A DNA stretch of 64,000 nucleotides from Octopus sinensis (GCF_006345805.1 NC_043000.1:79484001-79548000); one strand, 5' to 3'; shown: positions 38,589 through 54,939, counted from the stretch's first letter. Numbers and translations are program-made. Notes: generated by a model from the sequence alone, not told the origin.

Positions 38589-39109
38589 TTCAAAATGTAC
38601 TGCCTTGTCTGTAAAATACCTATGTTTATTTTTTGTTGATATAATTAAGTAGGTGTTTTGAACAAACTCTTAAATAAAACTATTTCAGAGCTTCAAATAA
38701 TTTTATAGTAACAATCATGTAAAAGGTAATTTTGATTAATAACAGAACTGAGAGATCCTGCAGCATGGCAAATTTTAAAATTTGCATACTGTTGGGTCAG
38801 TTGTTTCCATATTTTATTAATGAAGTATGGAGGCTATTTTGTCAATCAAGCAGATTAAAACTTGCAAAATTGTGTCTCTGTCACAGAGGCAATTAAAAAT
38901 ATTTGGAACCATGACCATATATTTAGAAATCTGGCATGTCAACTTCATAGCCCTATACACCTGTCATTCATTGTCTTAATTTGTCCAAGTAGATCATAAT
39001 ATGGCTGTCTAAAATAGTAACAAAACAAAGTGGGAAAATGAACTACTGATAGAGCTATTTCTCTAAACAGCCTACAATCTATTCCAAACCTAATTTCATC
39101 TTCTTAAAC

Positions 39110-39502
39110 CAGGGGTGGGGAAAATTCATCCCTGGGCACAATTGAGCCCTCGAGCCATTTTATTGTACCTGCAAGTTGGTATACTCATATGTACAAAATA
39201 TAGTAAAATTTTCCTATTATAAAATTCATGCAATATTCGTATGCCTATTTGCGACATAGCTCGCGTTTCCACTATGACTTAAAACGGTTAGACTCAAACA
39301 TTTGAATGCAAATTTCGTTTTCACTATAAAACGCATATTGCTAAGTTTGTACCCCCCACTTGAGACCCAACTACACTCTAACTGAAAAATATAGAGCACT
39401 TCATAGGTGATATAAACGTCCTAAATTCAGTGGCAGTGCTAATAAAGATGTTTCACCTCAATTTAATGTATTAAACTTATCTTTATTAATGTATAACGAA
39501 TT

Positions 39503-39544
<42 letters not shown>

Positions 39545-39545
39545 G

Positions 39546-39600
<55 letters not shown>

Positions 39601-39705
39601 ATACACACAAGATTTACATAGATATAAAAGAACTTGTGATCTGCCTGCGGACCTTTTTCTTTGGAAATTTTTGCCCACCACACTAAAAAGTTTCCCCCAC
39701 CCCTG
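39110..39705. mobile_element. hAT-type MITE
   Basis: TIRs CAGGGGTGGGGAAA / TTTCCCCCACCCCTG. The 8-bp flanks tcttaaac (39102-39109) and tcttaata (39706-39713) are a decayed TSD. Internal (TA)n. Confidence 0.8.
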
Positions 39706-42700
39706 TCTTAATACCTTTTCAGTCAATTTCCAAACCTATACAAATATTCATTTCACATCCTGTTAACTTACAGGTTACTACTATCATTCCAGCACTATAT
39801 AAATGGACATTTTTAACACACATTATTACAGATGTCTGTCAACAACAATAAGCTACAAAACAAAAAGAAAGAAAAAATGGGGAGGGAGAGAATAGATAGT
39901 TTTATAAACAGTTCCCAAGTCAATTGCTGATGGGATTAACTCTTTCAAGGCACACTGCTATCTTTAAAAAGAATGGAAGACATTTGATGCTGTAGTTTTA
40001 GACACACAGCACTTGAGATTAAGAACAGGCTGGACCACCACTAATCATAGATCTGCCTACTCAAGGCTGACCTGAGATAAACAACTGTGATTACACCAGA
40101 TAAATTAATGCATTTTAGATAATCTAAAATGCATTAACAATTCCTAACTCTTATACACTATCATCAATAACACTTGACCATAAACATCTTAAACATTTGT
40201 GAAATTTACAACTTGACATATATCCACTCTAATAATCTTACTCTTAAACCACTAGATCCATGATTAAATTATATCTCCCTACAATATTCTACTACGAATA
40301 AAATGAGCAAATGAATGAAGTTCTACTGAGATGCTTGATTTACAAAGTAAAACAGTCAAATTTTCTCCAGAAGCTTCTATTTTTGGTCAGAAGTTCACAG
40401 CTTAAATTCAGCATTTTTGGATAAGATGAAGATGCTCTTTAATTAAAATAAACATTACATTAGAAACTCTGACTGGATGCTAGCACAATTTTAAAAGTTT
40501 TCTCTCATCAACTCTCCAATAAACAATAAGGCCAAATTTCCCTTAAGGGTAAAAAGAAAAGACAAAAAAAAAACAGCATATAAACGTACAAACCCATCTA
40601 AAATAATTGACATAACTGCTTAATAGTGACTAAGCAAGAACAAGTGACTTGAGAAGGTAGTGGGATACAGAGGTATTGGTTGACCAGTATGCAGGTTTTA
40701 CTGTAAATTAGTGACAAATACAATAACTTTATGGCAGAAAATTTCGTTGCATAAAGGTAAATCAAAAGCATAGGATTAGATAATTAGACTGGATTTGTGA
40801 ATATTAGTTCTTAGAGAAATAAGAAGCTGAGATGAATGCAGAGATACAGCATGTAACATGGAAAAACAGATGTTATTGTTGTGATGATAATGTTGACCAC
40901 AATGTCAAAGGATCTGAGCTGGAAAGAAGTTCCATCATCATCATAAGGATAATCAATCTGAAGATACTAAGTGCTATGCTAAGCCTGAAGATTTCATTCT
41001 GAGCTTGAGATGTTTAACACATTAAAGAAATCAGTTTATTTTGAGATAAACCAGATTTTGTCAAAAAATTTCATGTATGCAATATTACTGAAGTCAAATT
41101 TGAATACTAAATAATGCTTCTTACAAATTTCTAAGTTGTCCCTATGCTACTTGATGTTTTATGGGTCAAGAAATTTTTCTAAGTTTTCCAAGAGAATATT
41201 CTTGCCTATTTATTTTTTTTGCTTTGGTGTCAATTTATTGAAAACAGTTGATTGAAATACAAACGATTGAAAATGGTTGCTTAAAAAAAAAAAAAATTTA
41301 ATCAAATTATATACTTGAAATATGGGACATGGGTTGAAGGAAAAGTTATTTTTGTCACACGTTACTAAAACAACCTACTTTCTATCAAAATGAAAACATG
41401 TTAAACTTATACATACACACACATGTAATATTGTGTTTAGAGTTTAAAACAGCAATTTTTAGACTGTAAACATAAACCATCACGCACACACACACACACA
41501 CATACTACACTCATTTTTACATTTAATAAAAGTAATTAGTTTGATAAAGCATGACAATATAACAGTAACCTTAATTTAACCAATTGTTAACTCAAGCAAC
41601 TGTTATGTTGATTAACTGTTTTTACAGTAAATTGTTTTCGACCAATCATTTATGTACATTGTACATTACATGAGATGGTTTAATCATGCCCATGGCCTTT
41701 GTCCCTCTGATAACGGTAAAAAAAGAGCAAGGTGCCTGCTAACAAGACTGGACCTGTACTATATATATATCAACCACTAGCATGCTGACCATATTTTTCA
41801 AAACACGAAACAATTTTAAATATTAAAAAGTTTGCTATTGTGTACAGCAAAGCAACACCTAAATACACTAATCAATTTGAATGTACTTTTAATTTCTGTT
41901 AGCAAAATACATACATATGTACACAAATACACACACACACATATATATAAAATACTATTTTATATGTGGCTGATTTCTTTCCACATTAAGAAAAAAAATC
42001 CATGAATAGAAATAGCTCACATGAATGTAAAAAAAAAAAAAAATTAAGTATAAGCTTTATAGCATTTCATTTTGAAAGCAGATATAAAATATTACAAGGA
42101 AGTATTATTTTACACATTTTAAGAAAATCTGTGCAGTAGGCTTGTATATAAAAAGAAAATTCATTACTTAGGATTTGATAAATAAATCTTTTATGTAATT
42201 TTGAGAAAATTGCAAATGGTTGAATTAACAGAGAACCAGCTTATAAGATGAAGAGTTAATGATTTACATCAATCAATGAATATGAAGTTATCCATGATAA
42301 CTGCTATGAATCAATCAGTTATAGGAAATGACACTACATTATAACATATGGACAGACAGTTGAAGTTTCTTTGCTTATTTTCCTTTCTTTATGAGCTTGT
42401 CAAAAGAGGAGGGGCAGTGCCTATGATATTCATAGGCTCTCCTTGGCTGGTGAGATAAATATGGTTGATGTTCATCTCAAATATCTAATGACTGATGTCT
42501 GCAGACAAAACATGGGTGATGAGGGAATTGAAGAAATGGCACTTCTATGGAGGAAGTATTAAGTGAAGTGTTTAGTACAGTAAGTACAAATGTAAAAGGA
42601 TGGGCTCAGATAGAGAGGGTATACAGCTAAACTAGCTGTATACCCAGAGTAGCAGATGTCTTTCTTTGGAATTGTTAAAGCAGAGAGAGAAAACAGTTTG

Positions 42701-43073
42701 CATGTGAGCTAGTGGTTTAAGGATGATTGCTAAAAGTTCAAGATAGAAAATTATAACATTTCATATCATACTTACATAACATTTCTATAAATATGGTAAC
42801 TTTCAAGTTCTAATTTACATTGCAAAATGACAGTAAGAAAAGAAGGGAGCAATGCAATAAACAGATTGATGTTCAAAACATCTGCCAGGTTTAAATGAAG
42901 AAATGAATGCAAGGAATACAAAGAACCTAGCAAAGAAATGTGGACTAAACTGATATGTTGAGTACTGATGAATTTGCAAATGCAAGAGGGAATCAAAAGT
43001 AGTGGTAGAGGCATACAAGGGAAATGACTACACAGGTGTGTGTGCCTCTATGTGACTGTGTATGTGTGCGTAT

Positions 43074-43124
<51 letters not shown>

Positions 43125-43146
43125 TGTATATATACACACATACATA

Positions 43147-43690
43147 TCTATTATATAAAAACCGTTCTGTCTGTCTATGTGTGTGTCTTCTAGGATCTCG
43201 GGCATCCTCCATCTGATTGTGCTCGAATTTGATATGTAGATATCGAGGATATCAGGGCGTGTACAAGTCTTGAAAAAGTTACAAAAATCGATTCCAGGTG
43301 AGAATGCGATCGATAAAGCCATGGGAATGTGCATTTGTACGTGCAAGTACATCAGCTGTTGCGATGTACTTACTGGTACTTTAAACTGCATGTGCAGCTT
43401 GCGCAAAAAAAGCTGGCTGGCTTGAAATAATGCCATAAAATGGGATGGTTGGATAACTTGTTTTGAGAAAATTTGGTTTAAATGTTTGACAACTCAGCAC
43501 CGTCCATTGGGAGGCGTTTTGCTCGTACATATATATATACATGTTGTTGAGATAGGCACTCTTTCTTTCCTGATGAGAAGATTGCATTTTACACTGTTTA
43601 TTCCTTTGGAATAAACCAATGTTGTCTTCGAAACATATGTCGAAAGTATAAGAATTTTAATAACATCTTCGTTCAACTCCATTTATTCAC
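43147..43690 (+). mobile_element. Helitron-like non-autonomous element, 5' portion
   Basis: Begins A|TCTATTATATAAAA like the element at 58754 and is CpG-rich relative to the flanks. No 3' hairpin-CTAG was found before the satellite. Confidence 0.45.
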
Positions 43691-43697
43691 TTATTTT

Positions 43698-44696
43698 ACA
43701 TACATACATATATATATATACACACACACACATACATACATATATATACACACACACACATACATACATATATATACACACACACACATACATACATATA
43801 TATATATACACACACACATACATACATACATATATATATATACACACACACATACATACATATATATATATACACACACACATACATACATACATATATA
43901 TATATACACACACACACACATACATACATATATATATATATACACACACACACATACATACATACATATATATATATACACACACACACATACATACATA
44001 CATATATATATATACACACACACATACATACATACATATATATATATACACACACACATACATACATACATATATATATATACACACATACATACATATA
44101 TATATATACACACACACATACATACATATATATATATACACACACACACACATACATATATATATATACACACACACACACATACATATATATATACACA
44201 CACACATACATACATATATATACACACACACACATACATACATATATATACACACACACACATACATACATATATATACACACACACACATACATACATA
44301 TATATACACACACACACATACATACATATATATATATACACACACACATACATACATACATATATATATACACACACACACATACATACATATATATATA
44401 TACACACACACACATACATACATACATATATATATATATACACACACACACATACATACATACATATATATATATATACACACACACACATACATACATA
44501 CATATATATATATACACACACACATACATACATACATATATATATATACACACACACATACATACATACATATATATATATACACACACACATACATACA
44601 TACATATATATATATATACACACACACATACATACATACATATATATATACACACATACATACATATATATATATATACACACACACATACATACA

Positions 44697-44734
<38 letters not shown>

Positions 44735-46969
44735 CACACACACACACATACATATATATATATACACACACACATACATACATATATATATATACACACA
44801 CACATACATACATACATATATATACACACACACATACATACATACATATATATACACACACACATACATACATACATATATATACACACACACATACATA
44901 CATACATATATATACACACACACATACATATATATACACACACACATACATACATACATATATATACACACACACATACATACATACATATATATACACA
45001 CACACATACATACATACATATATATACACACACACATACATACATACATATATATACACACACACATACATACATACATATATATACACACACACATACA
45101 TATATATACACACACACATACATACATATATATACACACACACATACATACATATATATACACACACACATACATACATACATATATATACACACACACA
45201 TACATACATACATATATATACACACACACATACATACATACATATATATACACACACATACATACATACATATATATACACACAACATACATACATACAT
45301 ATATAACACACACACATACATACATACATATATATACACACACACATACATACATACATATATATACACACACACATACATACATACATATATATACACA
45401 ACACATACATACATACATATATATACACACACACACATACATACATACATATATACACACACACACATACATACATACATATATACACACACACACATAC
45501 ATACATACATATATACACACACACACATACATACATACATATATACACACACACACATACATACATATATACACACACACACATACATACATATATACAC
45601 ACACACACATACATACATATATACACACACACACACATACATACATATATACACACACACACATACATACATAATATATACACACACACATACATACATA
45701 TATATACACACACACATACATACATATATATACACACACACATACATACATATATATACACACACACATACATACATATATATACACACACATACATATA
45801 TATACACACACACATACATACATATATATACACACACATACATACACACACACATACATACACACACACATACATACATATATATACACACACACATACA
45901 TACATATATATACACACACACATACATACATATATATACACACACACATACATACATATATATACACACACACATACATACATATATATACACCACACAC
46001 ATACATACATATATACACACACACATACATACATATATATACACACACACATACATACATATATATACACACACACATACATACATATATATACACACAC
46101 ACATACATACATATATATACACACACACATACATACATATATATACACACACACATACATACATATATATACACACACACATACATACATATATATACAC
46201 ACACACATACATACATATATATACACACACACATACATACATATATATACACACACACATACATACATATATATACACACACACATACATATATAATATA
46301 TATATATATATTATATATATATATATATATTATATATATATACACACATACATACATATATATTATACACACACACAATACATACATATATATATATATA
46401 CACACACACACACATACATATATATATATACACACACACACACATACATATATATACACACACACATACATACATATATACACACACACCACACATACAT
46501 ACACATATATATACACACACACACATACATACATATATATACACACACACACATACATACATATATATACACACACACACATACATACATATATATATAT
46601 ATACACACACATACATACATACATATATATACACACACACACATACATACATATATATATATACACACACACACACATACATACTATATATATATATACA
46701 CACACACACTACATACATACATATATATATATATACACACACAACATACATACATACATATATATATATACACACACACATACATACATACATATATATA
46801 TATACACCACACATACATACATACATATATATATATACACACACATACATACATACATATATATATATATACACACACACATACATACATACATATATAT
46901 ATACACACATACATACATATATATATATACACACACACATACATACATATATATACCACACACACATAC

Positions 46970-47000
<31 letters not shown>

Positions 47001-48490
47001 ACATATATATATATACACACACATACATACATATATATATATACACACACACATACATACATACATATATATACACACACACATACATACATACATATAT
47101 ATACACACACACATACATACATAATATATATACACACACACATACAATATATATATACACACACATACATACATACATATATATACACACACACATACAT
47201 ACATACATATATATACACACACAACATACATACATACATATATATACACACACACATACATACATACATATATACACACACACACATACATACATACATA
47301 TATATACACACACACATACATATATATACACACACACATACATACATATATATACACACACACATACATACATATATATACACACACACATACATACATA
47401 CATATATATACACACACACATACACATACATATATATACACACACACATACATACATACATATATATACACACACATACATACATACATATATATACACA
47501 CACACATACATACATACATATATATACACACACACATACATACATACATATATATACACACACACATACATACATACATATATATACACACACACACATA
47601 CATACATATATATACACACACACATACATACATACATATATATACACACACACATACATACATACATATATACACACACACACATACATACATACATATA
47701 TACACACACACACATACATACATACATATATACACACACACACATACATACATACATATATACACACACACACATACATACATATATACACACACACACA
47801 TACATACATATATACACACACACACATACATACATATATACACACACACACACATACATACATATATACACACACACACATACATACATATATATACACA
47901 CACACATACATACATATATATACACACACACATACATACATATATATACACACACACATACATACATATATATACACACACACATACATACATATATATA
48001 CACACACACATACATACATATATATACACACACACATACATACATATATATACACACACATACATACACACACACATACATACACACACACATACATACA
48101 TATATATACACACACACATACATACATATATATACACACACACATACATACATATATATACACACACACATACATACATATATATACACACACACATACA
48201 TACATATATATACACACACATACATACATATATATACACCACACATACATACAATATATACACACACACATACATACATATATATACACACACACATACA
48301 TACATATATACACACAACACATACATACATATATATACACACACACATACATACATATATACACCACACACATACATACATATATATACACACACAACAT
48401 ACATACATATATATACACACACACATACATACATATATACACACACACATACATACATATATATACACACACACATACATACATATATAT

Positions 48491-48566
<76 letters not shown>
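43698..48566. repeat. 4.9-kb compound CA/CATA/TA satellite (units of about 20-32 bp)
   Basis: Continuous (CA)n-(CATA)n-(TA)n units; source of the C/V/Y/I/M-only ORFs. Confidence 0.98.
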
Positions 48567-48567
<1 letters not shown>

Positions 48568-48659
48568 GCATACATAAATAAATATATATATATACATACA
48601 TATACATTCATGTATACATACATTTTCATATGTGTGTGTGTGTATACACTTTTTCCATG

Positions 48660-49420
48660 ACTTACAACCTTGAAAGGGATACCCTCTCTCTGCACAATAT
48701 TCACGAGCCTGAGGAATGAAGCAGTTCATGAAAATGTCTTCGAACAGTGCTTGAATCATCCAAGCTTTACGGTTTGAATGGTAGTAAATGGGCAGTGTAT
48801 GCCTGTTGATGGTCTTAAATGCACAAAGGTTTTCCAAATGATAGATTAGAAAGGTTTCAGCTTAACCCTTTCGCTACCAACCCGGCTGAAACTGGCTCGG
48901 GCTCTGAGTACAAATGTGTTTTCATAAGTTTTGAATTAAAATCTTCCACCAAACCTAAGTCACAATTTATGTTCCTAACACTAGCTGAATGATAACTAAG
49001 TTATTTTACTAAATTCTTTGTTATATTTAAAGTAATTGAAAGAAACACAGAGCATCTCAAAATAAATATTGTAATGAAAGGGTTAAACCCCGTGGCATTA
49101 CCACTAACCAACAAAGTTAACCTATCCTTAAAAACTCTGAATCCTGGCATCATTTTTCCTTGTACATGTGAGTAGGTATTCATTTCCATAGCAAGATGGT
49201 TTCATCTACATTGGTTATCTACATTCTGGTAGATAACCTTCTTCAATTAATTCATCAAAACTATCAATGTAGTTTTGGGCTCCATTTTCATCTGCACTTC
49301 CCTGCCTCTCGTGTGACACGTATAATATACAAAGCAAATCATTTTTTTTTTTTCAAGTATAAACCACCCTTTACAAGCCTGAAAATCTTGTGTGAAATCG
49401 TCTCTGGAATGTGATCAAAG
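48660..49420 (-). mobile_element. pogo/Tigger-like transposase remnant, interrupted by a MITE
   Basis: FQACKGWF (CENP-B HTH), NVDET, MPGFRVFKDRLTLLVSGNATGF|KLKPF, ENLCAFKTINRHTLPIYYHSNRKAWMIQALFED (DDE_1-like). Confidence 0.85.
48866..49082. mobile_element. Intact 217-bp piggyBac-type MITE
   Basis: TTAA(48862-65)-CCCTTTC ... GAAAGGG-TTAA(49083-86). Confidence 0.9.
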
Positions 49421-49485
49421 TCTGAAACTGACTCATAGTAAATACTTGCTGTGGCTATAAAGATGAAAAAAATGAAGTTGAAATA

Positions 49486-50754
49486 TCAGGTCATCCCATA
49501 AGTTCTGTCCAATTTCACCTTTTTCAAAATTGAATAAAATTTAATAGTATTTTAGAATGTCTAATGGAATTAAAAATTATTTTTATGCATTTGTGTACTT
49601 TTAAACTAATTAAATAGTTTACAGAATAACAGAACTAAAATTTCTTTGATTAAAACCCTTTCTAACATGGAAGTATCCAAAGAGCATTTAAGGCACATTA
49701 CAAAAAAGAAAACTCTGCAGCTGAAGCGACTTGAAAAATACACTCAGTTTATGGGAAAGAATCTTTGAATGAAAGAACTTGCAGAAGATGGTTTGCAAAA
49801 TTCAGAAGTGGAGATTTCAGTCTTGAGGATCGAACAGGATGTCCAGATGAATTTGATAAGCTAAGCTCCTTGAGGCATTACTTGAAGAAAATCCTGCATT
49901 ATCAGCTGAAGAATTGGCAATAAAGCTTAGTTCAAACCATACAACTGTTCATCATCATCTTCAACAACTTGGAAAGGTTCCTAAGCTTGGAAAATGGGTG
50001 CCTCATGAATTGTCCGAAAGCAACTGCAAATCCCAAGTTGACATCTGCTCTTCTCTCCATTCTTGCAAACTCATTTCACCCTTTTTGGATAGACTTGTGA
50101 CTGGTGATGAAAAATGGATCTTCTATCGAAATGTTAAACGCCTTAAACAGTGGCTTGGTAAAAGGGAAAAAGCTCAACCACAACCAAGAAGGGAACTTCA
50201 TGGGAAAAAGGTTCTTCTCTCTATCTGGTGGGATTGCAAAGGAGTAATTCACTTTGAATTGTTACCACCTAATGCAACAATCGATGCTCAAGTCTACTGT
50301 CAGCAATTAGAGCATTTGAACCAAGCTTTGAAGAAAAAAAGTCCCGCTTTAGTGAACTGAAAAGGTGTGATGTTTCATCAGGGCAATGCGCGATCCCACA
50401 CTGCAAAGATCACATCACAGAAGATTGAGGAGCTTGGTTGGGAAAAAATTCCTCATCTACCTTATTCTCCTGACCTTGCTCCTTCAGACTACCATTTGTT
50501 TCATAGTTTACAGAATCATTTGGTGGACATAACTTTTGCAAGCCAAGAGGAGGTCGAAACTGACATTTTAGAGTTCTTTGCTTTGAAACCAAAAGGGTTT
50601 TTACATTGATGGGATTAAAAAGCTAGTAAATAGATGGAAGGAAGTTATAGATAATCAGGGAAAGTACATTGATGATTAAATTTCAATCAAATATAACATT
50701 TGATCACTTGTTTTCTTTATTCAAAATTTGGACAGAACTTATGGGATAACCTGA
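49486..50754 (+). mobile_element. Full-length (1269 bp) mariner element
   Basis: TIRs TCAGGT(C/T)ATCCCATAAGTTCTGTCCAA at both ends; TA TSD at 49484-85 and 50755-56. Confidence 0.93.
49667..50679 (+). pseudogene. Disrupted mariner DD34D transposase
   Basis: MEVSKEHLRH..., WVPHEL, LVTGDEKW, FHQGNARSH (second catalytic Asp is Gly, GGC at 50382-84) and YSPDLAPSDYHLF. In-frame TGA at 50358-60 plus a frameshift in the 5' part. Confidence 0.9.
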
Positions 50755-53700
50755 TAGATAATGAATGCTAGAATACGGAAAAATAAAAACAATGTAGGGA
50801 GCTAAATGAGCTGGGAATGAAAATAATAAATAAAGGGTTTACTTTATATGTATTGCTATGTAAGGTTATACAGTAAATATGTTTTAGTATAAATAAAAAT
50901 TATGAGGTAAGAAACTAGGTTGGCATAATGTGAGAGGGATATTTAATGGTATTATGGTAGTATTAATATTCAAGTAACTGGACTCACGTCGCTTTTTCTC
51001 ATAAGGATAAATATGAATCACCTAGATTCTATTCTGCTATTTCCTTTCTCAAGTTCTTTGTAAAAATTTTGGTTATACTTCTTGCACTGAAGAGTACACT
51101 GACATATATAATTAATTTAATTAATCAATCTAATTCACTCCAACCTTGAATTTGCATTATTTTTATATCTCTGTACGAAACCATCGCCTGCATGAATTAA
51201 AATTCTCTTATATATTTTAACAACTTCTTTTCTCCATTTTTAATTAAACTGTTGAGTTTTATGGGATTTCTTTCCATAAATTCACACACATATACATACA
51301 TATAAGCTTACACACACATGGAATGAAATAATTTATGGTATAAAAATGCCACGAATTAGAAGAGGTGAAGAGCACTTCAAATATAGGTAGATGATATAAT
51401 ATTAAGAATGAAATTGTTAAATATTCACATCCGTGAATAGTTTAGTTTCCCAGATGACATGATTTAAGACCTGAACAAATGCAGAGATAACTTGGAAATG
51501 CCATGGGAAAACTGATGTTAAAACATCAACACTAATGATAATGACATTAAGGTCCAAATAAAAAATAATCAGAGATTTTCATTCATAATTCATGAATGTT
51601 TTTTCAAACAACTTGATTGTTGTATTAACAAATATTATCATTCAGTGTCTTGTTAATGACCCTTTTTAGAGTTAACACATATTTCAATGAGCTCTTTTCT
51701 CTCGAAAACAAAAAGACAAAAAAAAGTCTCATTAATTTTGATGCATTAATTTCATTTAAAAATAATGCAGTTACAGCTAGGTGGAGCTACCCACTTTCAA
51801 AGTGATAAATTTAAATAGTAAGTAGCTTTGAAATAATTATCACACCATATCACAGATTTTCAATAAAAATTACAGCCTATAATCTCACTAAAATTGCAAA
51901 AGTAAATACAAATAATGTATTGATTTCAGTAAACAATTGCTTTTTCAATCTTATTTTCTTACTATATCTTTTAAAGGCTGACTCAGAAGAAGAAACATTG
52001 TCCATAACCTTTTTTAGGGTCTCCCATATTGGTAGGAGGAAGTTTTGCTCAGACTGTAAACCTGACCCAAATGTGTGCAATAAAAACAATTGAATAAAGA
52101 CATTCAAGGGCCAAATGGTGTGTTAAACTGAGCAATGGGATAAAGCTCACCATCAAAAAAACTTTCTGCCCACCAAACTTCATACATAAGAACTGAGTTG
52201 ATCAAAGGCTACAGCAGATGCTTTATTGATGCCTTGCAATGGGACTTGGAAATATGAATTTGCATAGCAAATTTCTTTAGCTGACAGTCATTCAATTCAA
52301 AAGACTTCCATTTTTTCATCAAGATTACATTGTCTTGAGATAAAGATCGTGTACAATTTACACTGAAATGAACAGAATCTTGGTTCTACACAGACAGACA
52401 AGTGGCTTACAACTGTACCCTCTATAAACAAATCTAAGTAAAACTATTTTTATCAAATCATATGCAACAACAATAGCACCATTCCTCATACACAAAACTA
52501 CAACAGCTATAGTTACATACAGTATTTCAATACTACTATTCAATATTATTACACAAAACTCAGGGAAAATAAGCAAAACATCCAGAACAAAAACCAAGAA
52601 CTTATCCAGCTTGCCTTGTTGACAAAAAGCATAAAAGTATATAAGACTAAAACATAACAATAATCCTCCAAATAATGATATACTAGTCCTTCATAGACAA
52701 GCAGTCTTTCTGTTATAACCATGAACTATATAATGCTTGCAGCATGATTAAGCATTGCCCATGTGTTAAGCCATAATTTAATGAAAGACAACAAATACAA
52801 GATATACTGAAATATGGCTAGAGTTCTAACAAGGTTGTATACACATATACAGACGCTTCAGTTTTATGACAACACTGTTCTAAATCTATTGCCTTTTACT
52901 TCATTGATACAATCAAAAACATCTTTCCATGAAAATAACATCAACTATCATTCTTTCTACTTGAATGGAATCCATTCTTAAAAAATCCTGCATGTTATCT
53001 ACATTGTCCACACTTATTAATAATCTAGACAGCAAACTATTAGTAACATGCCACTTCCTGACAACATCACACTGCATAAGCATTTGCTGCTCCTCTAAGA
53101 TCCATACTTAGAATGGTGCAACTTTTACACTTACAAACAGTCAAGATCAAATCCTCAAAGAAAAATCATTAAAATAACAAGCAAAGATTCATTTACCAAC
53201 ACATCTTTATTGTTGGCTACAGTCCCTTCTCCCTACTTCTCCCACTATTGTAAGAGTCTCTGCTTCTCTGAGGTATCAGGCAGCATACCCCCATCCATCC
53301 AGGTCCATTTAACACAACCATCCCTCTTCCTCTTATCAATGCAGTCTTACCTTCAAATTCTTGCACAAAACACATTTTCATTCCTTACTCACTCCTTATA
53401 AAATCCAACAGCTAGAATTCCCCCCAACACATCAACTCCCAATACTGTGTATGGTGGGAACTGCAAAGGCTATAGGCACTGGCTCTCCTCCTTTGACTAA
53501 CATACATATCACCCCTTGCACCTTCAAAAGAGATCAAATCAGAAAAAAAGTAAATAAATAAATAAACTATCAGAAGAATGTATTTAAATAGTTGATTGGT
53601 TAGAGTTACATAAATTGAGTTAAATAGGTAGAGATAAATGAGTAGCAACAGTCTCATTACTTGAAATGCAACTTCAATGTCAGGAAATATTGTGAATAGA

Positions 53701-54939
53701 ATTTTCAAACACAGCATTTGAAGGAATGACAATTTACTTTTTCTACCATTATGTACACCTACATATTGTAGTTAGATTGAATCAGTTCTATATATATATA
53801 TATAAAAAAAATCTACTTCTGCTTCAAAAGCACCTACCAACCTTGTATAACATCCTCATAATATAACAGACACTATATACTGTTTTACTGTTTAATGGAT
53901 TATAGTGATTCTCAAAGTCAGCAGCTGTCACTATAGTAGATTATGCAATTAGTGTGGCAGTTAGTTGTAGCAACAAGTAACCTTCTAAAACAGGAAAGAA
54001 ACAAAAGAATTTTGATTCATGCTAATTCATTAAATTGTTAAATAATCTAACACTGTCATCTCACTTAAAACTGCTTGTTTATAGCCTAAGTATATGTGTA
54101 TAATTGCATATATAACAAGGAAAAATACTGCAATAACAGCAGTATTTTAGCAGATATTTTAAAATATTAATTATTATGCTAAAGTAATGTATATAGTAAT
54201 ACCTTTGAATATTGGTGCAGGCATGCTCTGTAATTATGTTTGCTCTATGAATACGCAGTTCTAGTTTTGATCATACAGCACAGCAGCTTGGGCAAGTGTT
54301 TTTTTCTGTTTTTATTATAATCTGGGTTTGCTCAAAGCCTTGTGCATGAGAATCTTGGTAGAATGAAGCTGTGTAAAAGCATATATATATATATATATAT
54401 GAGTGAGAGAGAGAGACTTCTACTAAAACCTTAGGATGACCAAAATCTTGTCGGTGAATTTAGAAGATGGATCAAAAGAAAACTATTGTTATGTGTATGC
54501 GTTTGTGTGTGTATGTACATGTTTGCCTACATTTGTGCTTCTCCAAAAAACCACTGAGCTACAAGTGGTTATGTTATCATTTCCTCCTTTCAGCAGACCA
54601 TCTGCTGGTTTTGCACCTTTGAAGATGTGTGCAATAAGAGATCCCTAACATGAAAAACAAGTAAAGGTTAGCAACAGGAAAGGCAATCAGTTGTAAAATA
54701 ATGCTAGCATGGGAAAATGAGCATTAAAAATAAAAAATCAACAAAATTTACATCATAGCTTCCCTTGATGAGTTGTGGCTAAGGATATAAACAGTGGAGA
54801 GAAAACTGAATAGCCAATGCTCTTCTTCAAGAAGCCTTCTGTGTATTTGTTCTACATTGGGTTACAGACACTTCTCTTGATATTCTTTCTGTCAGAAGTG
54901 CAGTGAGAATGATTAGGCTATTGGAAAGCTATAACTAAT

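Noticed and set aside
41560-41800. CCAAT- and TATA-like motifs in repeat-poor sequence as a possible HECW promoter or 5' exon
   Set aside because: Such motifs are expected by chance in AT-rich DNA, and there is no supporting splice or transcript evidence.
43683-48837. Six very long minus-strand ORFs (632-1004 aa) of C/V/Y/I/M
   Set aside because: They are translations of the TG/TA satellite, which lacks stop codons. The only non-repetitive part (start of the 717-aa ORF) is pogo transposase.
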